A stretch of DNA of 64,000 nucleotides from the NCBI RefSeq assembly GCF_964355755.1, contig NC_092674.1:21576001-21640000 (forward strand), in the 5' to 3' direction. The notes below the pieces were generated by a model, which did no database searches, had not been told where the DNA came from, and was given only the letters and a program-made list of their open reading frames with translations. Shown here piece after piece: positions 51,473-64,000 of the stretch (positions are counted from its first letter, which is position 1; every line of letters starts with the position of its first letter). A program made the translations under genes and the position numbers. The stretch is from Antedon mediterranea. Lineage: Eukaryota > Animalia > Echinodermata.

Positions 51473-51574
51473 CACTCCGCAGTCAGTTGAGAAGGATCTC
51501 TGATAGAGATCGAAACGTTCGAGTAAGTACTCCGTTAACTTGTGCTTTTACAAAAACGAAATTTGTCATCTATA
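49512..51574 (+). mobile_element. Penelope-like element inserted antisense into the L1
   Basis: Host L1 sequence is continuous across the insert (ccaa at both junctions); 3' end carries a hammerhead-like hairpin gatctct-gat-agagatc-GAAAC. Confidence 0.88.
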
Positions 51575-53819
51575 CCAAATTTGTGTAATTCCAGAATCAA
51601 TCAAGTTTTGATTATATAAAGATGTATTGTTTAGCACAATATATTTGTTACCCCACAAAATATGTTTATTAATTTCATCTATACCTTGTGGTTCCGTTTA
51701 AAAACAATTATTATATTGTGTACACATTGATATAATTTCTTTATAGAAAGTTGGAATATCAGCTAAAAACTTGTTTTTGTAATATCTCTTTTTATTTGTT
51801 TCTCCTTTTCCATTCCAAATGAACTTTAAAATAATACTGTTAACTTAATTTACAATAATTGTGGGTACCTCATTATAGACTAGTTTGGAGAGTACCAGTG
51901 TTTTTATCACCATTACTTTACCAAAAATACTTAAATTTCTTTTTTCCAAGGTTTTTACACATTTTTAAAATGTTCAATCTTTTCAACCCAGTTTTTTTTT
52001 GTGGCATTTTGTTTAATCATAACCAACAAAAACACCTAAGAATTTGACAGGCTCATCAACCCATTGTATTGCAAAAGGTTTATGAACGTTGTTTTTTGAA
52101 GATCCTATCCACATACCTTTTGTTTTCATTTTGTTAAGTGACATTCCTGCAACCTTACAAAACAAGTCTACTGTATTTAAACAAGCTTCAATACTCATTT
52201 CATCCCTAACAAAAATTATAGTATCGTCTGCTAACTGAGCAATTTTTACTTCCTGTTCATCATTATACCCTTTCGAAGGCAGTATAATACCTTTACAATG
52301 AATATTGTTTCTTATATTGATAGCCATTGGCTCTACAGCTATTAAAAAAAGTAATTCCGAAAGAGGGCATCCTTGTCTAATACCATTATACCCATCGATT
52401 ATTTGTAGTAACTGACTCAGTATTGAAATAAAAAGTCTTAACCCATTGTATTAGGTCCTGACCAAAACCAAATCTTTTCAGTGATTTAATTAAAAACATT
52501 CTATCTATTTTGTCAAACGCTTTAGCAAAATCTAAAAATATTATAGCACCTTCTTTATTAAAATTATTGGTGTATTCTAGTACATCTTCAACAAGACTTA
52601 TATTTTCACCGGCAAACCTTCCTTTAATATAACCTTTTTGATCAGTGTCTATTATGTCACCAATTACTAATTTTAGTCTATTAGCAATAACATTTGCCAT
52701 AATCTTGTAATCTATATTAAGAATTAATCCAATTTTTAAAGTCTTCTCTTTTACCATTTTTGTACAGTATGGAGACTACTCCTCTACTTTGAGAATTTGA
52801 CAGTTGTTTATTATTAAATGAAAAATTAAAGGCATCACAAACTAATGAGTCAATGGAATTCCAAAATGTTTGGTAAAATTCTACTGACAAGCCATCGCTG
52901 CCTGGGGCCTTATTAAGTTTTATATAAGGCATTTTTACATTCTTCTATTTTTATAGTCCCTTCACATTTCTTTTTTTGTTCTTCAGATAATACTTTGAAA
53001 TTAGTTTTATTAAGATAATTTAGAGTATCTGAAGTTAAAGTTTCAGATGATTCATTTGAATTTTTTTTTTGGTATAAATTTTGAAAATAATGTACTTGCT
53101 CACGAAGAATGTTATCAGTATTGGTAGTGTATTTCCCATTACTTTTTAGGACTGCCGTGATACATTTTCTTTTAGCTTTACTTTTTTTCTAGACCTATAC
53201 AAAATTTTGTATTTTTTTCACCCTTTTCAAACCATTCTATACTTGATCTTATTTGAGCACCCTTTGCTTCTAATGTATATATGTCTTCTATGTCTTTTGC
53301 GTTATTAATTAAAATTCTCTCTGTTTTTTCATCATAATTAGTTTCTAGTTTGTTTGTCAGGTCTGAAATTTCTTAATTTATAAAACAATTTTTCTTAATC
53401 CCTATTTCTCAAATGCTTTGTTTTTGCTCCATATCTGCGTGAGAACTCTTTTATTTTTACTTTCAAGTGCTCCCAAAGTAATTCTGGACTTAAATCATAA
53501 TGATTTTTTTTTGACATTGTTATTATCTTAGTAATTTGATTAACATATTCTTCATCATTTAATAAGCTATTATTAAGTTTCCATATTCCAGGACCCTTTT
53601 TTCTTGATTTGTCTGAACTTTAAGTGATATTGCTAGATGGTCAGAACAAATAGCAGGTCTGATATCAGTGCTAACTATTTCACCATTTTTGCACATGGAG
53701 TTTGAAATGCACCAAAAATCTAGCCTTCTATAAACATTTTCCGTCTCCATGTATATTGAGATTTACCAATATTATTATTTATCCATATATCTATGAGGTT
53801 GTGTGTATATTCTTTATCC

Positions 53820-54320
53820 ACTCAGTAACCAAATATTTTTTCATGTTTTATAGGCCTATAAATAATATACCACTAAATACAGTAGAACATTTGCTATTTA
53901 ATACTTTGTGTTAAAACGGTCACTGCCATAGTCGATTGAAATAGTAAAATAGGACATATAACGATACACCACTACAACGTTTATATTTGTTGTAATTATA
54001 AATTAATACAAACGTTGAGGAGAAACTGTCAGTAATAGAGTGTATTTGTATATTATGTGTTTATAATTTATCAGTACCCACACTCACAGTAAGAAATTTA
54101 TTTCTGCATGTGTTTATATCTAACAGTACCCACACTCACAGTAAGAAATTTCCGATTCAAGTGGCGACCGAAAATGGTTACCGGTATTACGTATTTACAA
54201 TATTTTTAAAGAATTGCAATTATATACTAAAGGTTTAAGTTTAGTCTCCAAGGGCCCATCAATTGACATACTTGTGTTAAACCAAATCATTATACTGGGA
54301 GAGATTGGAATGTTCCCTAT
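53820..54320. repeat. Diverged copy of the Helitron internal segment 36745-37250
   Basis: ttcatgttttataggcctataaataatatacc...cgatacaccactac...gagagattgg is shared. Confidence 0.7.
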
Positions 54321-56306
54321 TCTATCCCATGTAATTTCTTGCAATACAGTCTAAAAATCTAAAGATTTTAAAACAAACATGAACATTATTTACTTGAATA
54401 TTATATCACAAATTTTCTGGAATTATTTATTTAGATAACAGTTAGACAGAATTCTGTACATGGTGTGACAAAACTACAGTAATATGATATTTATATTTAT
54501 TTACTGTTTAAAACTGTTTTAAAAACAATACAGTAATTTAATTGTGTTACTTCATTTACCATAAATACTAATTGGCATGTGTATCTAAAAATGTAAAATA
54601 GAGGTCACAAGCATTTTTAGCCCTAGCTGACAAAGATTTTTTTACAAATACTCTACTCGAATACTTTTCACACTTTTAAACGTGTACTATCATTTCAAAG
54701 TAAAGCAGATGAACATGTCCATAAAACAGCCTTCCAGTTTCACCACAAGGGGATACTGTTGCTATCTCTTTAAAATTGTTGCTTTATACACACCTTTGTG
54801 GTCAATATTTTTAATTTCTCTAAAAATATGCTGTAATATTGAGCATTTAGATATCTTGGAAGTCGCTAAAGTGAGGTTTAAAACTTAGCCTGAGTTTCGC
54901 TGTTACGGTTCACTGTGCATGCAGGAAGGACAACGTGATCTGTGTCAACGCTATGGCGGAAGTTAATATAAAAAACTACCCTGGACAAACAGGTTGGAAT
55001 GAGGATCAGCCTATTGATACCCGCGAAACACCGTGACAGCTTCAGCCAGCATAGAATCTTCAAGACCTTCTGACAGTTACACACGTTCAAAGCGCAATAA
55101 TAATAAGAAAAAATGAAAGTAAGTTTACAACTTAACAATAATGTTATCACATGTCTAAGTCTGCACTTTATGTTTCAAAATAGAAAAGACTTGCCATTTA
55201 CGAATGGTTTGAGAGTCAAAAAGCTGACATTCTATTCATCCACACGAAAGTCACTTTTGCAAAAAAAGTGATTTTAACTGTATACTTAATGTTAAATTAG
55301 ATAAAGACGGGTAAGGGGGAGGTGACATTTGGGAGGTGACCCTCTGGAAAAAAAGATTACACCACAGCTTTAAACTCCTTCTGTAATAGATTTGAGTTTA
55401 TAGATATATGGAGAGTATTAAACAAAAACAAAGGACAATTTTACTTAAAGAAGACCAAAATGTCAAAACAAGGTTAGATTATTTTTTTATCAATGATTAT
55501 CATAATGTAATATTATGTGATATCCGTCTAAGCATTTTAACAGACCACCTATAGACAAGTTCTATTTCCTCTGAAATATGGTGTAAGAAGCATTTTTGGA
55601 TAGAAGCTGGGATCCACTTGATTTAGGATATTTCGACCTCGCTGATTACGAATATGGCGGATCCCAAGCGAAATTCGGCCATCTAAGGCCATAATTTGCA
55701 TAATTAAAAATGGCGGCCATTTTTTATAATTACCCTATATCTCGAGAACCACTAGTCACAAATAATTAATTTTGGTCTCAAAATGTTTTAAATAATGTAT
55801 TTTTATATTCACTTTAATGACACATTTTCTCAAAAAATAGATGCCAGTCTTATTTCTGACATTTTGACCTTTGACCTTTATTTATCGTATCTCAGTAACC
55901 AATAATCGGAGAGACACGAAATAGGGCTCAAATTGTTCAGAAATTATACATTCATATTTATTATAATGAAATGTTTTTACAAAAAATGGCCGATTCTACA
56001 ACTATTGACCTTTGAACTATTAGTCAAATATAATAATAATATAACTTTGAAAATTGTGGTCTTATGAATTTTTTTTTCTTTTTAAATTGTTTAAAACATG
56101 TGTGTTTCTATCCAGTCTAATGGCACATTTTGTACAAGAATGGCCGATAGTATGGTTATTGACCTTTAAACTACAGCATAGGCCTACTGTATACTAAATA
56201 TAATATAATTGCATAACTATGAAATTATTTATACACAATAATAATTAGTAAAATTATAAAATTCACTGCCATCAAATATGATGTGTTATGATTTATATAG
56301 ATTTAA

Positions 56307-57924
56307 AGGGGGGTTCCGGGTTTTAAATGAATAGTAAAAAATGTGAAATATATTTGTTTGTCTCTTGAACGGTAAAAGTTTCAATTTATATAAGCGCCCA
56401 GTGAAGCAGAACGAAGGCTGTGAAATGAGGCCAGATTACAAGTGCAGCTACGGCAAAATCACACTGTGGTTATAGAATAGGAAATTCGTGAAATGGTCAA
56501 TCTTCCGACGACTCGTTATCATTAACCATATCAATATCTTTTGTAAAATTATCTTCCCATTTATAAAGTCAATTTTCTATGAAAATCCATCAAAACAGTG
56601 AAAAATTAGATAAGTTTGCACTTTACGTTTGCCGATTTTCGCACTGACTTAGAGAAAGCCTTAAAAATCAATGAATCGTAACGTATACATTCCTGCTGAG
56701 AGCGAGGAGAGAGCGAGACGATGATACACGTGCTCTCTCTGCCCATGCCTGGCATCGTCACGTGATAAGAAGATACAGTATACAATACCAAACTGGTCGG
56801 GTCGAGTATACCCCGTCTATAATCACAACATGAACGATGTACAGTATTTGATTGAAGGTCGACTCAACCTACCGGAATGGTATAGATAATATAACTCGAA
56901 TGAGAGAGTTGGAATATTTGTAAACATAAGTACAGTGTTGCTAATTTTAACAAGTGTAGCCTATAGTAAAAGGCCTGGTAGTATCAATTCGCATAGGGTC
57001 TACTACACTAGCTAGCTCAATTTTTAACTGGGCCGGATCGGCTAGGCTAGGCTAGGTCTCCTTCCTACTACCGGTCTACTTGCTTGATGCAGTATCCGCT
57101 TTTTTGGAGAGTAAACTAGGCCTAGCTAGGCCTATTTTAGGCCTACTTATTAGACGATCGGGACACCATACGTGCGGACGGCGATCGGACCTTGTTTTGC
57201 CTCAATATTTACAGCCGATTTTTGTAGAACATTTTAGGTTTAGATTGTTTAGGAGTTTGGTTAATAGGATGGGTTTGGAATCCACTGAGTTTAGTTATTT
57301 ATGGGCCAATCGTTTAGTAATAGGCTAGCTAGGCCCATGAATGATGGCCCCAATGTTTTAACGTAGCCATCGTGGCATGGAATCCCTAGTCAGAAATGGC
57401 TCTCACCCCGGCATGAATAAAATGATTTAGGCTAGGCCTAGTCTAGTACGTGAAGCCGATATACGATCTGTACTATTAATTCGAGGTATAAAAATAGTAT
57501 AATTTATGACTCCGTAATCTGTACTAAATTTTGTATTTCATTAAATGTCAAATAAATATATGCTACTACTGTTATTATTACACTTTAGGCCTAGCTTAGC
57601 AAATCTACAAAAAATGTATTTCACAATGATCGGGTGGTCGTCGTTTGACAGAGGAGAGAGAACACAACGTACAAGCAAGCTTGACGTCGCGAGTTTGGAA
57701 TCCACTCATGACGTGATTTTGTGAATATCTCATGAATATTAATAAGCTTCCCTAAGCTGCTGAAAAACAGACTTTCCATGAATTTACCCTAAAATGTATA
57801 TGAAATTTAATTTTTTTAATTTCTCGTTATTACTTCTTCATTCTGACATGTCTATATTGTTATAATATTTTTTATTTAATAAATAAACGATATTTAAAAG
57901 CAATTTTAAACCCAGAATCCCCCT
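56307..57924. mobile_element. Non-autonomous TTAA-targeting DNA element (Kolobok-like) nested in the Academ minisatellite
   Basis: TIR AGGGGG.TTC.GGGTTT / AAACCCAGAATCCCCCT, TTAA on both sides; the flanks rejoin one minisatellite unit. Confidence 0.78.
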
Positions 57925-57929
57925 TTAAA

Positions 57930-58400
57930 AAAAAAAATTGAACACGCAAGTTACATTTGTTGAAATTTGAAATTTGAAATTACCTGCCATCAATATGATG
58001 GAGTATGATTATAGATTTTTAAAAATGTGAACATGTCAACTACATTTGGAAATTACCTGCTATCAATATGATGGATTATGATTATAGATTTAAAAAGAAT
58101 TTGAACATGTAAGCTACATTTGAAAATTACCTGCCATCAATATGATGGATTATGATTATAGATTTAAAAAAGAATTTGAACACGTCAGCTACATTTGGAA
58201 ATTTGGAAATTACCTGCCATCAATATGATGGATTATGATTGTATAGTACCTGCCTTCAATATGATGGATTATGATTATAGATTTAAAAAAGAATTTGAAA
58301 ACGTCAGCTACATTTGGAAATTTGGGAATTACCTGCCATCAATATGATGGATTATGATTGTATAGGTTTGAAAAAAAATGTGAACACGTAAGCTACATGT
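57930..58400. repeat. About 70-80 bp minisatellite just downstream of the Academ ORF stop
   Basis: Unit aattacctgccatcaatatgatggattatgattatagatttaaaaaagaatttgaacacgtcagctacatttgga, about 6-7 copies. Confidence 0.9.
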
Positions 58401-60971
58401 GGAATGAACATGTTAAGGGCATTAGTTTTGATCATTCATACAAAGGTTTCCGTCAACTTTGTTAGCGTTGTTACAGCAACATAAAACTGTACATGGTAGT
58501 TTTGACTTCTTGCACCTACATCTATATGGTTATGCATCGTGTCTTGCATCCACAATAAATCATCTCTAACGAAGCAGTAGGAACAGCTTCATTTTTCAGA
58601 AGCACTGGTTGAAGTTTACCATTAGATAGCTCCCAACCAAAATCTGTTGGTGATGGCAAATGCTGGATTGGCGATACAGCTTTTTTCAATACGAGTGCTT
58701 GGAAGTGTGCTCTTTTTATATGCTGGTGCACTGCATCGCTTGTTGGAGGTAATGCCTCTGGTTTTGTTTTTTCTAAAACATGGCATGCCTAACTTAAAAC
58801 TGTCGATAAAGGACACCACTAACAAAGATGAACCAAAACACAGAGACCAATTCGTCGAATTATAGAAAGTGGTGAAATACCGCTGCCAAATTGCTGGTCA
58901 AACTTTTTGGCATTACAAGATAATAAAGCAGATCTGGCACGATTTCTATCAGAGGAGTTGATTCGTCAAGCTCCCATAGACAAAGAAATTGTCACAGCTG
59001 GTGGATTTATGAAAGAATCAGTTGTTAAATCATCAAAAGTCTACATGAATACGTTGTCTCTGGTCGCAGATCATGAAGAATCGGACACGAGACTTGTCAT
59101 GCTGCCAATGTCCGCTACGACACAGTTGTTGTAGTTGCTTCTAGAGATACAGACGTACTAGTGATTCTAGTGTCTCACTACCAAAGCATGGTATCCAAAT
59201 GAATGATGACAGGGACATCCAAAAAAAGAAAGTATCTATAAAAGACATTTTTCAAGCCTTGCCCGAGGGTTATGCAAAAGCACTGATTCCATTCCACACT
59301 ATTAGTGGATCCGATACTACCTCATATCCAGGGAAGAGTTAAATTACATTAATACATACATACAGTAATTTAACTCTTCCCTGTTCATATCTAAGTGGTC
59401 AATCAAAGGCATCGGCATGAGAAGTATTAAAAAAAAATTATGAACTAATTAAAGACCTGGGAGAAACCCTATTAGTGACCAAGTTATTATGAAATCGGAA
59501 AGATTCATTTGCTACGTTTACGGTTTTGGTCAAGTTAAAAGTACCAATGAAGTTAGGCTTTAAAAAAAAAAAAAAAAAACCAGAGGCATTACCTCCAACA
59601 AGCGATGCAGTGCACCAACATATAAAAAGAGCACACTTCCAAGCACTCGTATGGAAAAAAGCTGTATCGCCAATCCAGCATTTGCCATCACCAACAGATT
59701 TTGGTTTGGAGCTATCTAATGGTAAACTTCAACCAGTGCTTCTGAAAAATGAAGCTATTCCTACTGCTTCGTTAGAGATGATTTATTGTGGATGCAAGAC
59801 ACGATGCATAACCAATAGATGTAGGTGCAAGAAGTCAAAACTACCATGTACAGCTTTATGCCGCTGTAACAACGCTAAAGATGACGGAAACCTTTGCATG
59901 AATGATCTTAAACTGATGCCCTTAACATGTTCATTCCAAATGTAGCTTAAGTGTTCACATTTTCTTTTAAATCTATGCAATCATAATCCATCATATTGAT
60001 GGCAGATAATTTTCAAATGTAGCTTACATGTGAAAGACAAGAATAGTTGGCACTGTTCCAAGAACTGCAATTCTGTAAGAACCTACACATTCCTATGTGT
60101 GTAAAACCTATTGGAGCGAGTGACGATATCGATCCAGTATTGATAATGTTTTCAGACGCATCCGAGAAAGCTATGGCTACGGCAGATTATGTCCGATACC
60201 AAATGCAAGAAGGCGGATACATGTCCAGATTGATAGCGGCCAAGAGCAGGATAGCACCCATATAAATTGCTAGTATAGTGAGATTTGAACTAGGCGTGGC
60301 TGTTTTGAGGACTAGACAAAACCGATAGTTAAAGAAATGAATATAAGGTTTAAGAGAATATTTTACATTGTGGACAGTGACATTGTTAGGCTATGATCAA
60401 GAAACAGAGTTATGAATTTAAGAATTACGCAGCTACCCGAATTGGAGAGATTCAAAAGTCCAGCGAACCTCAAGATTGGTGGTGTGTAGCTGGAGAAACG
60501 AACATAGCCGATATAATCTCTAGAGGAACAGCAGCAACACCACCTTGATTGAACACAGAGTTTAGCAAGAAGGACCCGATTTCCTTTAATTACCTGTAGA
60601 AGAATGGCCAATTTCACAAAAGTGTAGTTCGCAAGAGATTCCTGAAAGAGTTAAAGTGGTGATCAATGTAGATGTAGAGGAGGTTCAGAGGTGTTGTATC
60701 AAAGTGGAAAGGTTTAACAGTTTAGTGAGATTACTACGAGTTACAGCGATGGTCATGGTCAAGAAGAGCTTCAAATCAGCTGCATTAGTTTTGACGCCCA
60801 ATGACACTAGTTATGCTGAAACATTCTGGGTCAGAAAAGTACAAAGACCACTAATAAAACTTATGGAAAAGAAATCAACGACTTCATAAAGAACTATGGC
60901 AGTTTAGGTCCAAAGTGGGCGACAGGATTAAGGAGCATGTTTATTTTAGCTAAAACCACGAAGAAGTCCAT

Positions 60972-61270
60972 AACATCGGCATGGGTTCGAGGCTCACTCC
61001 ATAACATCGGCATGGGTTCGAGGCTCACTCACTCCATGGTTCTGGTGGTAGAACGAGTCTTCTCGGATAAGGACTATAAACCGTAGGTCCATGGTACACA
61101 TCTAGCTCGTGTGCACTTTAAAGAACATAGTACATCTTTCGAGACGAGTAGGGATTACCCCGGTGTATTAGTACATCACAGCCACTGATCACCAACTGGG
61201 CCCTCTGGGAGACCAGTCTTTGACTGAAGAGGTTACCCAGTATAAATATATATTTCAATCAATTCAATCA
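60972..61270 (+). mobile_element. 5'-truncated tRNA-derived Deu-domain-type SINE inserted in the BEL element
   Basis: B box GGTTCGAG in a 31-bp tandem duplication; ggataaggactataaaccgtaggtcc...aaagaac...gagtaggg..ccccggtgt resembles the Deu domain; (TCAA)n tail; aagtcc on both sides. Confidence 0.72.
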
Positions 61271-61543
61271 AGTCCCATTATTGACTTATGACCATGCGTT
61301 CACCAAGCTGGTTGCTCAAACAATGCACAATAGAGGATATAATGGAGTCAACACTACTATGTCAAAGATCAGAAGCAAGTATTGGGTGGTGCGACTCAGG
61401 AAGCTGGTGAGCCATATAAGACATAATTGTGTCAGATGCAAAAGATATGAGTCGGTCAGTCAATCAACTGATGGCACCTTTGCCAATCCAACGTCTAAAG
61501 CCATCACCACCGTAGTCGTATATAGGTACTGATTTATTTGAAC

Positions 61544-63096
61544 CAGGGGTGGCGCCAGGATCTTCCCGACGCGGGGGCTACATTCCCCGACGAGGGGGTT
61601 ATGCGAGCATCACTAGGCTGGGGGCCAGGGGCGAAGGCCCCGGAAGCAACGCGTTCTAGCGTCATTTGAGGTCATTTTAATCAGATTTAGGGTAGCCATT
61701 TTTCCATTTTTTATAATGCATAAATAAAATACTGCGTGCAAAAAAACGATGCGCGATGACTGTTTCAATCCATATTTTTCAATTTAAAAAATAAAAGTTC
61801 AAAGAAAATTTAGAAAAATAGAGTTGGAGGTCCCGGAAATTGGACTTAATATACTTCAAAACATGAAACAAAATATATAAGTCCCTATCATGGTTGTGAC
61901 TAAGAAATGTTTGAAAAATAGAGATGTTAGGTCCCGGAAAATGCACTTCTTGTACTTCGAAATATGACCAGCTTTATTGTTGGGGCTGAGTTAAGAAAAT
62001 GTTTAAAACTAGAGCTGCAGGTCTTCAAAAATTTGCATTTTATACTTTGGAAACATCAGGCCCAGAGGCTTAAAAAACGCAAGCGTAGACCTTTTTAAGT
62101 CGGGGAAATAAGTTTATTCCTCCCAAGTGTATGCGTGCGTACTATCTGGACTTCCGAGTGGTGAGAAATTCATGACATACAGGACATTGAAAATGTAATA
62201 ACTTAGCTATAATAAGATGTTGGCTAAGCGAAAATGGCATGTTTTTTTGTTTAGTAATGGATGAAAAATTTATTTTAGGTGCCCCACGGTACAGAAGGTT
62301 ACTTGTAAATTAAAAAAATGGTGAACATACGAACAATTAACATAATTCGTTTTTGCTGTAGTGTAGCGGACGTCGACGCAGTACACGACGTAACCGTCAG
62401 TAAACTTCGCCTGGAAAATAACTACAGTACACATTTTGGTCCCTGGATGGAACATGATATCACGCGTCTCGACCCAATGTTGAACGATTCGTACAAAGGG
62501 ATACCGCCAGACAAGTGCGTACCTAGCTATTGTTTAGTAGTAAGTTAGATCGCTGGCAATAATGAATGCATATAAAGTGCATAATATCACTCTGACGTAC
62601 TCTCACGGTCAATGAAACGTCGCGGTTTTCTAGGCGCTGAAGCTAGCTACGAAGTGAACGCGAACGATTTTTACTGTATATTATATTCCCCGACAAAAAG
62701 TACCCGTGTTCCCTTCGGTAACCGTCGGTAAACTTCGCCTGGAAAATAACTACATTACAAATTTTGGTCCCTGGATGGAACTTGATATCACGCGTCTCGA
62801 CCCAACGTTGAACGATTCGTACAAAGGGATACCGCCAGACAAGTGCGTACCTAGCTAATGTTTAGTAGTATAGATTGCTGGCAATAAATGAATGCATAAA
62901 AGTGCATAATAGACCTCTGACGTACTCACGGTCAATGGAACGTCGTGGTTTTCTAGGCGCTGAAGCATGAAGTGAACGCGAACGTTTTTTACTGTATATT
63001 ATATTCCCCGACAAAATGTACCCGTGTCCCCCGACGGAGGGGCTCCCCGACGAGGGGGCTAGAGCCCCCGTAGCCCCCCCGCTGGCGCCACCACTG
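61544..63096. mobile_element. Non-autonomous hAT-like element nested in the BEL integrase
   Basis: TIR CAGGGGTGGCGCCAG / CTGGCGCCACCACTG; 8-bp TSD atttgaac/atttggac; removal restores TDLFGPF; internal tandem duplication of about 330 bp (62389-62715/62718-63030). Confidence 0.88.
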
Positions 63097-64000
63097 ATTT
63101 GGACCGTTCTTGACGAGAGGGAAAGTCCAGAAACGTACTAGAGGGAAGGCTTATGGTATTTACTTGTTTAGTAACTAGAGCGTTACATTTGAAACTATCA
63201 GTGGATTACAGTACCGATTCTTTGCTGAAAGCCTTTCGAAGATTTGATTCAATTAGAGGATACCCTATAGAAGTATTTAGTGACTGTGGCACACAATTAG
63301 TTGCCGCAAAAGAGAGTTTACAGAACTTCGGATTCAAACATGGAGTTAAGTGGAAGTTTTCCACACCAGATTCACCGTGGCAAAATGGTGTCACAGAAAA
63401 GGCGTGAAAAAAGCATTATACCATGTGGTGGACGAACAGATATTGACGTTCGAAGAACTACAGACTATGTTATTAGAAGTTGCAAACGTAATAAACACCA
63501 GACCGATAGGTAGGCATCCTACCAACCCTGAAGACGGGAGTTACTGTAGCTATGTCCCACGATTTGTTGCTCGGTCGTGCTTCATTTGATGTACCTAGTG
63601 GTCCGTGGTGTAATCACAAGGGGCATGCGAAACGCCTCAAGTTTATCCAAGGTTTAACTGATAACTTTTGTAGGAAGTGGATGACAGATTATTTCCCTAC
63701 GTTGGTCATCCGTAAGAAGTGTCATACAGAGGTTCGAAATATACAAGTCGGTGACGTTACGTTGATAAAAGAGGAAGGAGATTAAAAAAGGACGATGGAA
63801 GACTTGTAGAGTGTCCAAAATATTCCTTGATGATAGAGGTCTGGTCCGAAGTGTGGAAATAAAGACAATAACTGAAACTGGAGTCGTGAGTTACATCAAG
63901 AGAGCCGGTCAAAGATTAGTATTACTAGTCCCAGCAGATTATGAATTGGAGGTTTAATAATATTACCGTTTGAGAATTTATAGTTTATAAAAAGTATAGT

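Larger units (their letters stand above)
46660..53810 (-). mobile_element. Degenerate L1/Tx1-clade LINE ORF2, interrupted by two nested insertions
   Basis: EN end RRLDFWCIS...SDHLAI; KAPGSDGLSVEFY; NIDYKIMA...DFAKAFDKI; QLADDT; C-terminal CDRC...EDERHMLINC; the frame rejoins across the inserts (KHLI|SKIAQFNVKLLHRIL). Confidence 0.92.
55552..60030. mobile_element. Second fold-back Academ (XPG + Cys-rich C-terminus) derivative; right terminus lost
   Basis: Left end starts TAGAC. Plus-strand fragments NKADLARFL, HEESDTRL, DTDV, FHTISGSDTTS, LPPTSDAVHQHIKRA..CGCKTRCITNRCRCKKSKLPCTALCRC; about 58335-58775 is the inverted copy of about 59575-60030. Confidence 0.78.
60033..63960 (+). mobile_element. 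Degenerate BEL/Pao LTR retrotransposon internal region (RNase H, integrase) with two nested insertions
   Basis: MFSDASEKA..LIAAKSRIAP; H..G..RSKYWV..CVRC; DLFGPF; FTCLVTRALHL..SDCGTQ..SPWQNGVTE; INTRPI; C-terminal VGDVTL; many stops and frameshifts. Confidence 0.92.

Noticed and set aside
54880-55100. Possible 5'UTR exon or ncRNA (GC-richer unique block)
   Set aside because: No recognisable motif, structure or clear splice signal.
57930-58400. CRISPR-like repeat array (also 17244-17632 and 915-1065)
   Set aside because: The units are contiguous tandem repeats without unique spacers; the context is eukaryotic and there are no cas genes.

Overview
AT-rich eukaryotic (animal) genomic DNA with no prokaryotic gene organisation. 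The repeat content (Deu-type SINE, Academ, Penelope, BEL, Helitron/HINE) suggests a marine invertebrate, possibly a deuterostome (inference). One host gene can be rebuilt by hand on the minus strand from phase-consistent GT-AG exons. It runs from a signal-peptide exon at 42233-42293 through a YWTD (LDLR class B) beta-propeller into a domain I cannot name, and leaves the window at the left edge. Most other sequence is nested transposon debris: CR1, L2, Rex/Babar and L1/Tx1 LINEs, three Penelope-like pieces (one with an open 653-aa RT+GIY-YIG ORF, several with hammerhead ribozyme motifs), a BEL/Pao internal region, a solo LTR, Helitrons, HINE-like elements, hAT/Kolobok/Harbinger-like MITEs, and a composite 5S+tRNA SINE. 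The most unusual observation is two independent Academ (XPG-type) transposon derivatives from different families, both built as fold-backs in which both arms carry the 3' end of the transposase ORF; one is flanked by a 3-bp TSD. All calls were made by eye without database searches.
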